Origin: Gonapodya sp. JEL0774
Lineage: Eukaryota
Assembly: GCA_027604505.1 (NCBI GenBank)
Contig: JADIIX010000045.1
Span: forward strand, 62,001-126,000
DNA: 64,000 nt
Reading direction: 5' to 3'
The position numbers and the translations under genes were made by a program. Each line of letters opens with the position of its first letter. The stretch's first letter is position 1. A model generated the notes under the pieces. That model worked only from the letters and a program-made list of their open reading frames with translations. It did not search any database and was not told the DNA's origin. Shown here one piece after another: positions 36,208 through 48,349 of this stretch.

Positions 36208-39200
36208 ATGGATCTCGACGACGACTACGAAATCGACGAGTCGCTGCTTCCTTCTCCGCCTCCTCCTCCGCCCGCTGCCGTGTCAGGTCCCTCAATCCCC
36301 GAATCACCCGCTCTCGGTGACGACGAGGACGACGCGGATTCGATTTTCCCGTCACCGACGCCACAGCCAAGAGCAAGCGAGGCGAGCCAGACGAGCCAGG
36401 GTGGTGAGCGCAACAGAGCGACTGCTGAAGGAGATAAGAACCGTCCACCACCATCAAAGGGGACGAACCGACCCGTCCAGCCCGCTTCCAAACCACCCAC
36501 AAGCAGCCTCGCAAACACCAAATCGACCGCATCGTCTGTCACGGGTCCCACGTTCCGCGTCAGCCCACTCACCGCGGGTGCTGCACGGTTCGCCTTCCGG
36601 AGGACCTCCCAAGCAGAGACACCTGCCTCTGGCACCTCGAACCACCAGCCATCGATCGTTGAGGACATCGGTGACGACTCACCTGCACCTGTTGCCTTAT
36701 CTTCTGGTGCGGATCGGCTCGGAAGTGGTGGACAGAGGACACACGCCGACCGTCGTTCGCACGGTCCCAGATCCGCTGAACCCACTCGAATTCTCGATAG
36801 ATCTAGGATATTACACACACCACTATCCAATGCCTCGAATGTGCAGAAAAGCCCGACCTCTGCGGCAGGGGTCCTCCTAAATCTGGACCGACTGGCCCAC
36901 TGGAGCACACTCGTCGGAACCTCACAAGGCCCCAAACGTCCCGTCCATCACCCTGCACCCTCCATCCCTCCTCCACTTGAAACTCAACTGTCTCGGCAAG
37001 TGCTCGTGTCGCATCGTCCCACCCCACCACCCAGCGCACGGTCTTCCGGTGGGGTTGGTCCGGAGGCACCATCAATGGGCACGTTGGCCCCCGATCCGAT
37101 CCACCTCGACAAGCGACGAAAAGTTTCTTGGGGGCCTGTCAAGGGCTGGACGTCGCCGTTTGTCGGAACTGGTGATGGTGATCCGGGATCCGCTAGCATC
37201 CTCGACGACGACCACGACGTCGAGATGGATATTGGGCCTGGACCAGGAGACGAAACTGGAATTACAAGCACTCGACGCACATTCGGAAGTGCAACACGCG
37301 CACGATGGCCGTCCGACGGTGGATTCTCTGACCCGGAAGCTGATGAGAACGAGAACATCTCGGACGAGGAAAGGGACACGGGAGCAAGTGGTTTTATCGG
37401 TGTGGCCTCGGAGGATTCTGGCGGGCGGAACAGTGGGGGTATGGATTCTCTTGCAAAGTTTCGCGACGGAAGCGTTCGGATCGTGGGAGATGAGAACGCA
37501 GAGGGACAAGAGGAGGGACTATACCTGGGTGGCGACGGTGTGAGTTGGTGCGATTGGGTAAATTGATCTCCCGAGCCTACACTCATGATTTTGTTGGGGT
37601 GCTTGTCTGTGTGTTGGTTCTCCTTACGCTTAGATCGTGATGGCGGTTTCCCATCGCCGAGACGCCTTGGGATGCGCTTACTATGATCCGCTCAGTCGCA
37701 AGTACGTCAATTCTCCCGATTATGACTGTCGACTTTTGCGATCAACGATGTCCAATATTTGATGATCAAAATCCATCCGTACATTTCTTACTCGCACATG
37801 ACTCTGATCGTTGGCTCTTTCTCGTCCAAACATGCCAGGGTGTACCTCATGGACCAGGCTAACGTTGGCAGTGGTCCGCAGGCTGCTGTTGAAATCGTCC
37901 GTACACGTTAGTGCCAACGCATCGCGGATTTCTGATCACAACTCGAAGAACAATGCATTTCCATTCGTCGACCCAGTCAAGTTCCAGCTCCATCCACAAC
38001 GTATTCTTGGCTGCCTGCGTTCCTCAGATGCCGTTCTATCGGCCCTGAAAGAAATCGGTACGCTCTTCGTTCTGTGTTCACTTTTCGGATTCTTTCCCTG
38101 TCAACTCAAACGGGCGTGCTCCACGAGATCCCTCTCTGCCCCCACCCCACCCATCTCTCCATCTCCTCCCAGCGTCAGAGTTCAGCCCGGCCACTGGCCG
38201 CTCTCGCCTCCTGTCTTTGCCCCTGCGAGGCTCGAAGAAAGCCTGGGACGAGCTTGAGCTTCAAGGCGGGGAAAGGACAGCAAAATTTTTGCGGCTCGGG
38301 GCGGGAGTGGACGTAGAGGGGGGCGAAACAGTAGGTTGCGAGATCGGATACAAATGACTGTGCACATTGTGTGTTAAGCGAATCTCCCGCAATCCCACTC
38401 AAATGCGGTTGTTGTTGCTTATGGGCAGCTTGCGTGCGCTGCAGCTCTTCTCTCGGACGTACAAAAACTGGCGCCGTTAGGTGGTCGTGCCGGTGGTCAA
38501 CATCGTGGAGGTGTACGATCACACCAAGACATTGCCAGCAATATGGATGAAGATGATGACGGTACTAACGGCGTGGACGCCGCTAACAGCTTGGGTAGAG
38601 AGTCGACTGTAATCGCTGTGGAAGGGTTCGCAATGTAAGTTTGATGGTGAGATGCTAAAGTTGGATGCGTGCTCAAAGTTCATTGTAGAGAACGATTCTT
38701 GCAAGTCAACGCAGATGCTCTTCGGTGAGAGTAAACTCGTACTCCACGTTTATGCAGTATTTGGCCCCTCGCACTCACACACTCACAGATCTCTCTCAGT
38801 ATTCGTCGATGAATCGCACCCCAACACACGCTCAAACCGCAAGAAGGAAGGCCTTTCCCTTTTTGGTAAACTTCGCTCGTTTTTCTCCTACGTATCGGAA
38901 GAAGAGTGACCAAGTTATTCCTACAAGGAATTTTGAATACCACAAGGACTCCAGTTGGTCACGCAATCCTACGCTCATGGCTTTTGCGACCGAGTCGCGA
39001 CATAAGGGAGCTTCAGGGACGACATGACGCGGTGGAGGCGTTTGGGAGGACGGAGAATTTAAATGTCGTCGAAATGCTGATCAGGGTAGTAGCGAAAATT
39101 GGGAACGTTGGAGTGGGTAGTACAGACCATCCCATTATGTAACGCACTTGTGATTACTCATTTTGATCTTATTTTTGACTATGCTTTCTAGAAAATAATG

Positions 39201-41464
39201 TCCCAGGTCCGCACAAATCTGACACCGAAAGACTGGGAACACCTTCTTTCCTTCACGTACTCCGCTATTGAAGTCCAATCAAAATGTCGAGAGCTTCACA
39301 TTCCACCAACTAGGCGCATTCCGATACTGGATCGGTTGGCTCGTGAGATTGACGTGTCCGCTTTGAGGGAGGTTGGTAGCTTTGTGAATGAGGTGGTGGA
39401 TTTCGAGGAGTCGACTACAGAAGGGAGAGTTTCAATAAAAAGAGGATTAGATGAGGAGCTGGACGAATTGAAGAGGAGATATGAGGGAATGGGGAGCTTG
39501 CTGGTGAGTCCAGGATGCTGCTTGTTTGTAAACAACCAACATACAACCATCTATTTGAACAACAGACAGAAATTGGGAGATCGGTGCAAACTACAGTCCC
39601 CATCAGAAATATCACTGTGGTTTACTTTCCTCAGGCGAGTGGGATGTTTCATCTTAGCATCCACCATCTTGGTCTGAAAACAATCGAGATCAAGCAGTTA
39701 GGGTACTTGATCGCGGCTCCAAAACCACCAGGGCACAATGAAATCCGAGAAATCGAAGGTCTCTCTTTCCAAGTAGGTCAACTTCCAGGTGATCACCTCA
39801 ACCAGGTTTGATTCTCTGCAACACTTGCATCGAAGTTCGTCACGGAGGCCAGCATTTACTACAAGAATGACCAGATGAGACGTGAGCGCCTTGCCACCAC
39901 CTAAGCTGTAGTGTACTCGACTCACCCTTTCTCGAACTAATAGAAATGGATCAAGAGTGGGGCGACATTCACTCATTGATCGTTGACTCGGAGATTGAGT
40001 GGGTGCAGCGACTCACAGATCGGGTGTTAGAAAACTCGGAGGCAATTGTGACAGCAGCTAACTGCATAGGGGAGCTTGATTGGTGGGTTGGTTGACGTTG
40101 TTGAATGGTTGCTGCAATGATCGACGCAACAAGCACATGGTTGTCGTTCATCAGCCTTCTAGCCCTTTCTGATGCTTCTCGCAAGTACAACTATAAACGA
40201 CCACAAATGACCGAGGAAAACATTATCAAAATATCCAATGGACGGTGAGCATCAGACTTGATGGAGAACACTAAAACATTGGATGATTAACCTGGAATGT
40301 AAAGCCACCCACTGCAAGAACTATGCGTTGACGTTTTTGTTGCGAATGGAACACGAATGGGACTCGATCACGGTGATACTGAGAATTTCTCGCAGGTTCT
40401 CATCCTGAGCGGGGCGAATTACTCGGGAAAGTCGGTGTACCTAAAACAGGTGCGGGACTTTCGAGTTCACTCAAATTTACTTCATTCAAAGTTCTTTGCA
40501 AATGTGGTGATGCTAGGTTGCTCTAATCGTGTACATGGCTCACGTTGGAGTTTTTGTTCCTGCTGGTGAGTTGCCCCAACACTCGAATCTCCGCAATATA
40601 TGCGTTGGACCTCAAAATCTGCGTCACCAGATTTTGCAACAATCGGTATCACAGATAGGATCCTGACGAGATTGCAGACCAGGGACTCAGTATCCAAGGT
40701 TTGGGCTTTCTCCTCTCTGACTATGTTTTAATGTGACTTCGGCACCGCACCTTTCAACAGATTCAGAGCACATTTATGAGCGACCTTCAACAAGTTTCTT
40801 TCGCACTCAAAAATTCTACCGCTCGATCTCTTATCATTTTCGACGAGTTTGGGAAGGGCACGGCGACGACCGACGGTGTTGGGTTGTTCTGCGGTGTAGT
40901 CCAGAGCCTGTTGGATCGTGGACCGGAGTGCCCCAAAGTACTACTTGCAACACACTTCCACGGTGTGTGTTAATCCCTGACTGGTCGCTGGGGATATCAT
41001 TCTTATCTGTGGTTCTGGCAACTAACTTGCAAACAGAGATTTTCAGCAACAGCCTCCTTAGAAATGACTCACGTATCGGAGCTTACACAATGGAGATCGT
41101 TGAGGATCAAAGCAACGACATCACCTTTATGTATCGGTGGGTTCAAGGGAGCAAGGAACATCACTACGTGCTCCTGTACTTCTACCTCACGCTCAACTTT
41201 AGGCTAGTCCCAGGGCATGCTAGCTCCTCCTTTGGCGCATTTTGTGCACGTCTTGCGGGCCTCCCCGAACGGCTGGTTGCAAGAGGGTCCGAGGTGAGCA
41301 AAGCATTGGCGCAGTTTGACCCAATCCCAGTACCTGTTACTGGCAAAGACAAGGCAAAGGACCTCGCGGCGGAAAAGCTAGCAGTCAAGTTTTTGGATAT
41401 GGACCTCGCGCGAGGGGTGTTGGACGATTGTTGGGTGGAAGTCGAAAAATTTGCGAGATTGTAG
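36208..41464 (+). CDS. MSH5: Meiotic MutS homolog 5
   Basis: VNADALRSLSVFVDESHP..KEGLSLFGILNTTRT..LRSWLLRP, VVYFPQLGYLI, HPLQELCVDVFVAN, Walker A GANYSGKSVYLKQV, DRILTR.QTRDSVSKIQSTFMSDLQQV, Walker B IIFDEFGKGT, ATHFH, SSFGAFCARLAGLP. Many introns. Confidence 0.93.
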
Positions 41465-41641
41465 TGAGGATGATTATACTGGTAAACTTGATAGATCATT
41501 CACCAGAAAAAAGCATGCCAGAGTTCCAATGTTGGCACAAGTTTTATATCATCCTCAAACAGGCCACAGCCTCGGGACCGAAACACGGAACAGTTCTTTG
41601 ACACGATATTCAAATCACGAAAATCAGTCTACTGGATCAGC

Positions 41642-44600
41642 ATGACTAGCAATTCATCCGGACATGACGGGGTCCCCACGGCCAATTTCCCCCCCCCTAA
41701 AATTGAATCGGTCGCGAGAACATCCTCCAACGCTTCATTTGACCCCACAAGATCCCTGAGCAGTCGGACTTACGATTGGCAGTCGAAACCGGAGCATGTG
41801 GAAGTACACAAGGCGGAAGTTCTTGGCTGGGGTGGCTATGGCATTGTTTACAAAGGAATTTGGAGATTTGGTAAAGTTCCAGTGTGAGTTTGTTGGATAC
41901 GACGACAAAGGCGAGCGATCAGGAATCTCTGGATCCTTTTCTCCACACCTTCGTGATTGATCCTACGTGCACGTGCATTTTCATCGGCATGACGGGAACA
42001 ATTGTGGATGTTGGACAAACAGTTGCGACAGCCCTCTCACTGAAACCTCTCTGATTTGAAATTTCAGTGCCGTTAAATGTCTGAAACGAGGCGATGAATT
42101 TGATGAAGAGGTAAGATTGTGGAACTGCCCCGCACTTCAACGTCCAGGATAGAGACAATGTCCCGGGTCACCAGGAATTTCTCCACGAGGTTTCGGTATG
42201 GTGGCGTCTCAAACATCTGAACATTCTACCCTTGTTTGGGGCGTGCATGGACGCTGGAGCGCTGGGGGCATTCATGTTTTCGCCGATGATGCCAAACGGC
42301 ACAATCATGCAATATCTCAGAAGCAACCCGAATGCGAACACAAGGGCGACAAAGTTGAGACTACTCTACGATGTGTGCTCTGGGCTGGATTATCTTCATG
42401 AGAGCTCTATAATACACACAGGTGAGGGTCAAAGTTGGGTGGGGCACTTCAATAATTGAAATCGACGACTCGTATCTTTATCTTCACGGCGCAGACCTTA
42501 AACCCAACAATATTCTTGTCGACTCAACTGGCCGGGCTGTTGTCATGGACTTTGGCTTCGCCAAGAACAAGGACGTTCAGACTTCGGGGACCCGGATTGG
42601 GACGGGACCTTATATGGGGCCAGAGCGCCTCTCCCTTTGGCTAAACAACCAAAAAGTCAGTCACGCTGTTTCGACAAAGGAGGGGGACATGTGAGATTCT
42701 TGTGAGCTCGTCGTCCTTTCTTTGGTTGTAATCCACTTCCTTCGTTGTCAGTTACGCTTGGGCAATATCCTGCTACGAGGTGAGTCACCCCTGATGTACT
42801 AACTCATGATATGAACGATTTTACTATGCTGACCCCGTTGCGTATAGATCTGGACGGCCAGCTTTCCTTACGGCAAACCTCCGAAAGACGAAGACGCACA
42901 GGTCGAGCTGTACGAGAGCATACTCCAAGGCCACCGACCGGACCTGTCGAATCCAAAGCTGCAAGACATGCCTCAAGAGCTCAAAGACATCATGGTCAAA
43001 TCGTGGGACGCCAAGCCCGAAAATCGGCCCGAGAGCTTTGATGCCATTGGGACCGTCCTGGCCGCTCTCATGTGAGTTTTTTTTTGATCGCTTGACCCTT
43101 TGGATGAGCTTCCGTCATTTAATTCATGTTACGTCAGTGAGAAGGAGCCCGAAGAGTCCTTTTTCACACCCGCAGCTCCCACCAGCAGCACCATGCAGCG
43201 GGCCACCGCAACTGACTCCGGGTTTGGATCCCCATCTCAAGTTCGGGTCAAAGACGCACAACCACCACCGAACCAGCGAGCAGCCAAGGGTTCCCTCTCG
43301 CAGGAGAAAATCGACCGTTACCAGAAGCAGGCACTGGACGTTGGATTAGTCGCACTAAACTTCCCCAAGGATGTGCGGAAAGCACTCGCAGCCCTTCAGA
43401 GCGGAGCGCAGAGTGAAATCACTCTCGAAAACAAAAATCTCGGGGATGATGGAGCGAAAGCCGTCGCAGAAGCATTACGCAGAAGCGAGACCGTCACGGC
43501 ATTAAATCTTACTGGTGAGCGAGCGCAAAAGCCCCAAATATAGGCCAGTTCATCCTCAAAGTTTTGTATTCAGGAAATCTAATCGGCGACGTTGGAGCGT
43601 GGGCGTTAGCCGATGCACTCAAAGTAAATAAATCTCTTACTACTATAAACCTCAACGGTGCGTTCATCGCTCCACTGTCTTAACGCCAACAAGTCATTGT
43701 GACAATACGATTGCCCATAGGCAACAACGTTGGAAACGATGCCGCATGGTACCTTGCATCCGTCCTCAAAACCAACAAGACACTCGAAAATTTAGGCTTA
43801 GCTAGTAGGTATCCTCTCTTCGAGCTTGTGAGAGTCATATCGGTGAGACCACCTCATACAGATAACGTCATCGGAGACACCGGTCTCCTTAGCCTATCCG
43901 AGGCCCTCAAAGTGAATTCGACCTTGCAACATATTGAACTGGGAGGTGACTATGGTCAGTCGTTGTCCGTGTTTTCGTTTATCTTACGACTAGTTCTGGC
44001 AAGGCAACCGAATTGAGGATGATGGAATTGCTGCGCTTGCCGACGCACTCAAGCAGAATAAAACACTTAATTTCTTGCTCCTTGGATTCAACGTCATTAC
44101 TGATGAAGGAATCGAGGCTATCAGTAATTCTATGAAAGTGAATGAGAGTATCAAAGGCCTTCATCTGATGGGTAGGTTGAATTGTTCTGACCATCCTGAA
44201 GAAAGTGGAACTCCTGTGCGAATTTTCCTCTTTTTATTCCAGGAACGAAAATGACAAGCGTTGGTGCCAAGACGGTAGCAGAGTTTCTGAAAGTAAACAA
44301 GGTCCTCGAATCACTCAGCCTTGGAGGAACTGACATGAACAGCGATGGTGCCGTAGAGATTGCTGAGGCTCTCCAGGTTAACTCTACACTTCAAGAACTA
44401 GCGCTGGATCACTGTGAGTTTGAAGCTTGTAGCACTGAAGATCTTGAATCATGAAAGACTCCTCTCTTGTACCCCGCAGCAAATCTTGGTAATGTCGCAC
44501 TTCGCGCTCTTACAGATGCTTTGAAGGTCAATAAGACACTTGTGGCTCTCGACCTATCGGGTAATTTCTATGCTGGGGACTCATTTTGGGCTCGACTGAA

Positions 44601-44933
44601 CACACTGATACCTTGTCTTTCCCAGCAATCAAAATCACTGAGCCTGGCGTCCTGTATCTTGCAGACGGGTTGAAGTCATGGAAGGGCCTTAAATCTTTGA
44701 TCTTGGAGAGCAACGAAATTGGTGATGTAGCCGCCAAGGCGATCGCAACGGCATTGAAAGCGAAAACAAGTAGCCTGCAGCGAATCAACTTGAAAGGTAT
44801 CGTGAACAACTGCCCAAGGCGCTTCCCTTCGTTGTTAACAGACTCCGTCCATTGTTACCTCACAGATAATCCATTCGGAGTCGCCGCAACGTGGAGCCTG
44901 TCCATGGCGAGTGATTGCACAGTTGATTGTTGA
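41642..44933 (+). CDS. TKL-group protein kinase fused to C-terminal ribonuclease-inhibitor-type leucine-rich repeats
   Basis: LGWGGYGIVYKG, VAVK, EFLHEVSVWWRLKHLNILPLFGAC, IIHT/DLKPNNILV, DFGFAK, GPYMGPE. An in-frame splice (ALI/EKEPEE) leads into about ten 28-aa LRRs of type N.IGD.GA.ALA.ALK.N.TL..L.L. Confidence 0.88.
43574..44796 (+). repeat. Array of symmetric phase-1 LRR exons (84, 84, 84, 168, 171, 81, 171 nt)
   Basis: Exons 43574-43657, 43721-43804, 43862-43945, 44004-44171, 44243-44413, 44480-44560 and 44626-44796, each bounded by AG/GT. Confidence 0.85.
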
Positions 44934-45253
44934 TCGGAGAAGGTTTTTATTTTGCGATTTTTGAGATGATATTCTGATCTCAAAAGAGTTAGACGAATTG
45001 GAAGCAAATATTGAATTGTTTATTAAATGTATAATTGGAACTTCAGTCGTCCCACTCCTCGACCGACACATTTTGTGAAGTCCCAGTGTGCTTTCGCCAA
45101 TAACCAGAGAGCCTGTTGTGACCACAGGTTGTGCAGTGCGTGATATATGGGCAGACAGTATATTTGTTCCACTTGTGGTACTTGCACTCCATGGTCTAAT
45201 TACACCTGGAGCGGTGTTGGCTCTGGGCTGCCGACTGATTTGCGAAACAATCA

Positions 45254-46139
45254 ATGTCAATCGACTCTGACGAGCCGCTCCCGTTCTGTTTTGTTTCCAA
45301 GTCAGACGATGGTGCGGAACATGAATCAACATCCGAAATCGTCATGGAGGCGTTTGCATCCACATCCCACGGTCGCAAGTTTTTGGTGGCGATTGATTTC
45401 ACAACTTCGGCCCTCCTGGCGCTCGATTTCGTTCTGTCACGGATTCTTCGACCCGGTGATTCCATTTTGCTTGCCCATGTGATTCCCGATGCTGCAGTCG
45501 TTGATTCGTATTGTGAGTGATGATGAGTCATGCTTCCTGCGCCATGTACAATTGGATGAACGATTCGGTCTTTGTCAGACGGTGAGCACCTGCGCCACGA
45601 AACTCGATACTTTCGAGAAGATTCGTTTTTACCCCAGCCCTCTGATTTGGTGTATAGACGATCAAACACTGGGTTCTTCAATAGTTTTCAACTCGTTGCA
45701 CGACTTCAGTCGCAAAGTCCTCAACGAGTTCAATACGGCAAAGCAAATGATCCTTGAGAGGTCACAGATATCAGAAAAAGGAAACTTGGAGGAGAAATTG
45801 AGCAAAGTTTGTGGTTTCTTCTGAACTATCATTTTGAGTGTCTGAATCAGAAATGTCCTGCAGGTGAATGCATACGGTGCAACTTTCATCGGACTCTCTG
45901 GCCCAGTTCTGTGCAATCTCTGTACTAGACTGAAGGTTGATACCATGGTAAGCAGCTGTTGAGTAGACTCCATTGCAATCGAACTTCTTCACCACCATTA
46001 CCAGTTCCTCGGAACTCATTCCCGGACCTCCATGGGCAAAATTATGTACGGGAGCGTTAGTGACTATTGTTTGCGCTATTGCTTGAACAGTAGTGTCTGC
46101 GTAGTTCGAGGGAACGTCTCTAACCATTCATCGATATGA
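45254..46139 (+). CDS. Universal stress protein (UspA domain)
   Basis: RKFLVAIDFTTSALLALDFVLSRILRPGDSILLAHV, GPVLCNLCTRLKVDTM/FLGTHSRTSMGKIMYGSVSDYCLRYC..SVCVVR. TGA at 46137-46139. Confidence 0.85.
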
Positions 46140-46290
46140 GAAAACAGGCACATCCTTGGCATGCAAAACCTCTAATTGCACGAATACAAAATATGCAATT
46201 CTATCAAAATGGTGTCTAGCCGTTTTCGAGGATGGAGGTACAGCGGTCTGTGCAGCACGTGTCCATCGCACCCACAACCGCAATTCACAT

Positions 46291-47993
46291 TCAACTCGCC
46301 ATTTCGGAGCCATCAAGCATCTCACAGAAGGCCCTATACACCACAGTCCGCGATGACCCTTTACACAGCATTCCGATCTGCACGCCGGGTGCCGCATAGA
46401 ACACGCTCCCCAGCGAGGCCTTTTCCAGTTTTACTCCCCCTTCTTCACCATCATACGACAAATCTACCTCACCCTCCGTGACCAGCAAGATACTTGGTCC
46501 ACAGACACCCTCGTGTTCCTCCTGAGTCCCGGGCTCTAGTTCTGTTCTCCACACCCGAAATTCTGGTACAGGCGGGGCATAGAGCATGGTAGATTTTGAC
46601 ACAGGTGTGCCGTGCAGAATTTGTTCAGATGCAGGGCGGGCGGTGTAAGTGAGCATGGACACGAGGACGGCGACGTCCTTAAGCTTCGGGGTTAGACCAG
46701 CGCGGACAACGTTGTCCGATGAGGCCATACACTCGATACAGTCTTGCGGAAATGCGATCGATGATTGAATTGATACCGAAATTTTAGAGCGAAGTCGATG
46801 GAGCTGCCCCTGCTTTATCTTCCCCCATCCTCCCCATGCTTACCTCCGGACAAGTACGCGTGTGGCTCGTTTGCTCCCAAAAAGAGCGCCTCCCCAGGTT
46901 GTAGTGTCACATAATTGAGTAACAGCCCTCCGAAACACCCGATATCGCCTGGGAACTGTCCGTTCAACCGCAACACAAGTTCCTCGGGGGTGCCTCGTTG
47001 GTACGAGGCAACAGTTTCTCCGTTGGAGGTTAATCGAGCAACACAAGCAGATAGGTGAGAGGAAATGGCGTCGGAAGGCTGCTGGATAAGGGTTGCAAAG
47101 AGGTTTCGGAGATGTTGCTGGTTGGAGTCTGCGGAGCCACCATCACCGTTCACCACCCTGACATGAGACGTCTGGGCCCTTGCGACTTCTACAAAAGAGC
47201 TTGATACCTCGGCTCCAACGAGGTCCCTCAATTCCGGCACTCTTTCCAACGTGTCCGCAATGTCTGTGAGCGGTTTGAATCCACACAACGCCTCAAACTC
47301 CGACAACCCAATAGCCATTTCGGGCTTATGATTATCATCACGGTACAGGTCCGGTCGTGCGGAGTGGAGGCGAGCAGCGAGGGCTTTGTCGGGGTGAGCT
47401 TGGATGGAGAGCGCTTTCCCAACGGAGAGAACCTTAAAGAGGAAGGGGAGGTGGAGGTCGGGAAAGCCTAGTGGCGAGGGTGAACGAGCAGAAGAGGTGG
47501 AGGAGGAATTAGCGAGGAGAGATGGCTGCTCGCGGAGAGCCTGTTGGAGGGTAGTGGTAGGGTCGGGGTGCGAGGGACACCTGGAAGGACCACTGACGTG
47601 GGTACCCATCCACAGCTGGCGATGAAGATTCGGAGACATTGAGCGGGTTGGATACAGATCGACAGATAAAGAATGGTGTTCCAGCGTGTCGTAAGAACGT
47701 CATGAATTGTCATCACACCGCAAATGCTCCATTAATCATCACCGAATATGCCAACGTTACAATCCACAACCAAACGCGTCAGTTATTCACAAGGTCCCCC
47801 TCGGGTTCGCTTTCCAGTGGTTCCAAAGCTGTCAATTGCCTCAGCGACCCACGCTTACCTCAGCATACGGCCTCTGCTCATCCACCGACACTCCCGACCC
47901 TCCACTGGCCAGCTTGGCCACCATCGATGCGTGCCCCGGGACGCCCCAGTCGTAGCACATGACCTGGCCGTGGAGACGGAAGAAGCGATCCAT
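46291..47993 (-). CDS. PMI40: Mannose-6-phosphate isomerase, type I
   Basis: YDWG, PYAE/LWMGTH, LPFLFKVLSVGKALSIQAHPDK, YRDDNHKPEMAI, FEALCGF, EPHAYLSG, ECMASSDNVVRAGLTPK. Two introns. Confidence 0.96.
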
Positions 47994-48349
47994 GATGGAT
48001 TCCAGCACGGGCGAGCACAAGGAAGCGAATTGGGATTGTGCTACTCTGTTACTGATGAAGAGCGCTTAAATGGATTGGAAACGGGATGGCTCTGATAGGG
48101 TGATGGTCTGTGATGGAGTTCCGAGACCCAAGCCCAGTGGTGTCGGGGAATCCAAATCAGAAGGATAACCACGCACGTGGCACGTTCTCTTCAGAAACAC
48201 AATGATTTTTCGCAATAGCTCACTGAGCTACAGATTCGCAAGATAAATTGCTAAGGAAGCATACCGGGCAGCAGGAACCTCCCCAAAAATCAGAACGATG
48301 TGCGGAATTTCGCACCACATCCCTCTCAAACGCTACCACCTCTTTCTTT

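Noticed and set aside
33500..37586. Many long antisense or alternative-frame ORFs over DOA10 and MSH5 exon 1
   Set aside because: These are shadow ORFs of GC-rich coding sequence with no recognisable motifs.
47612..47858. Long PMI intron with two RTGATGA (box C-like) motifs as a possible intronic snoRNA
   Set aside because: No downstream box D (CTGA) or terminal stem was found.
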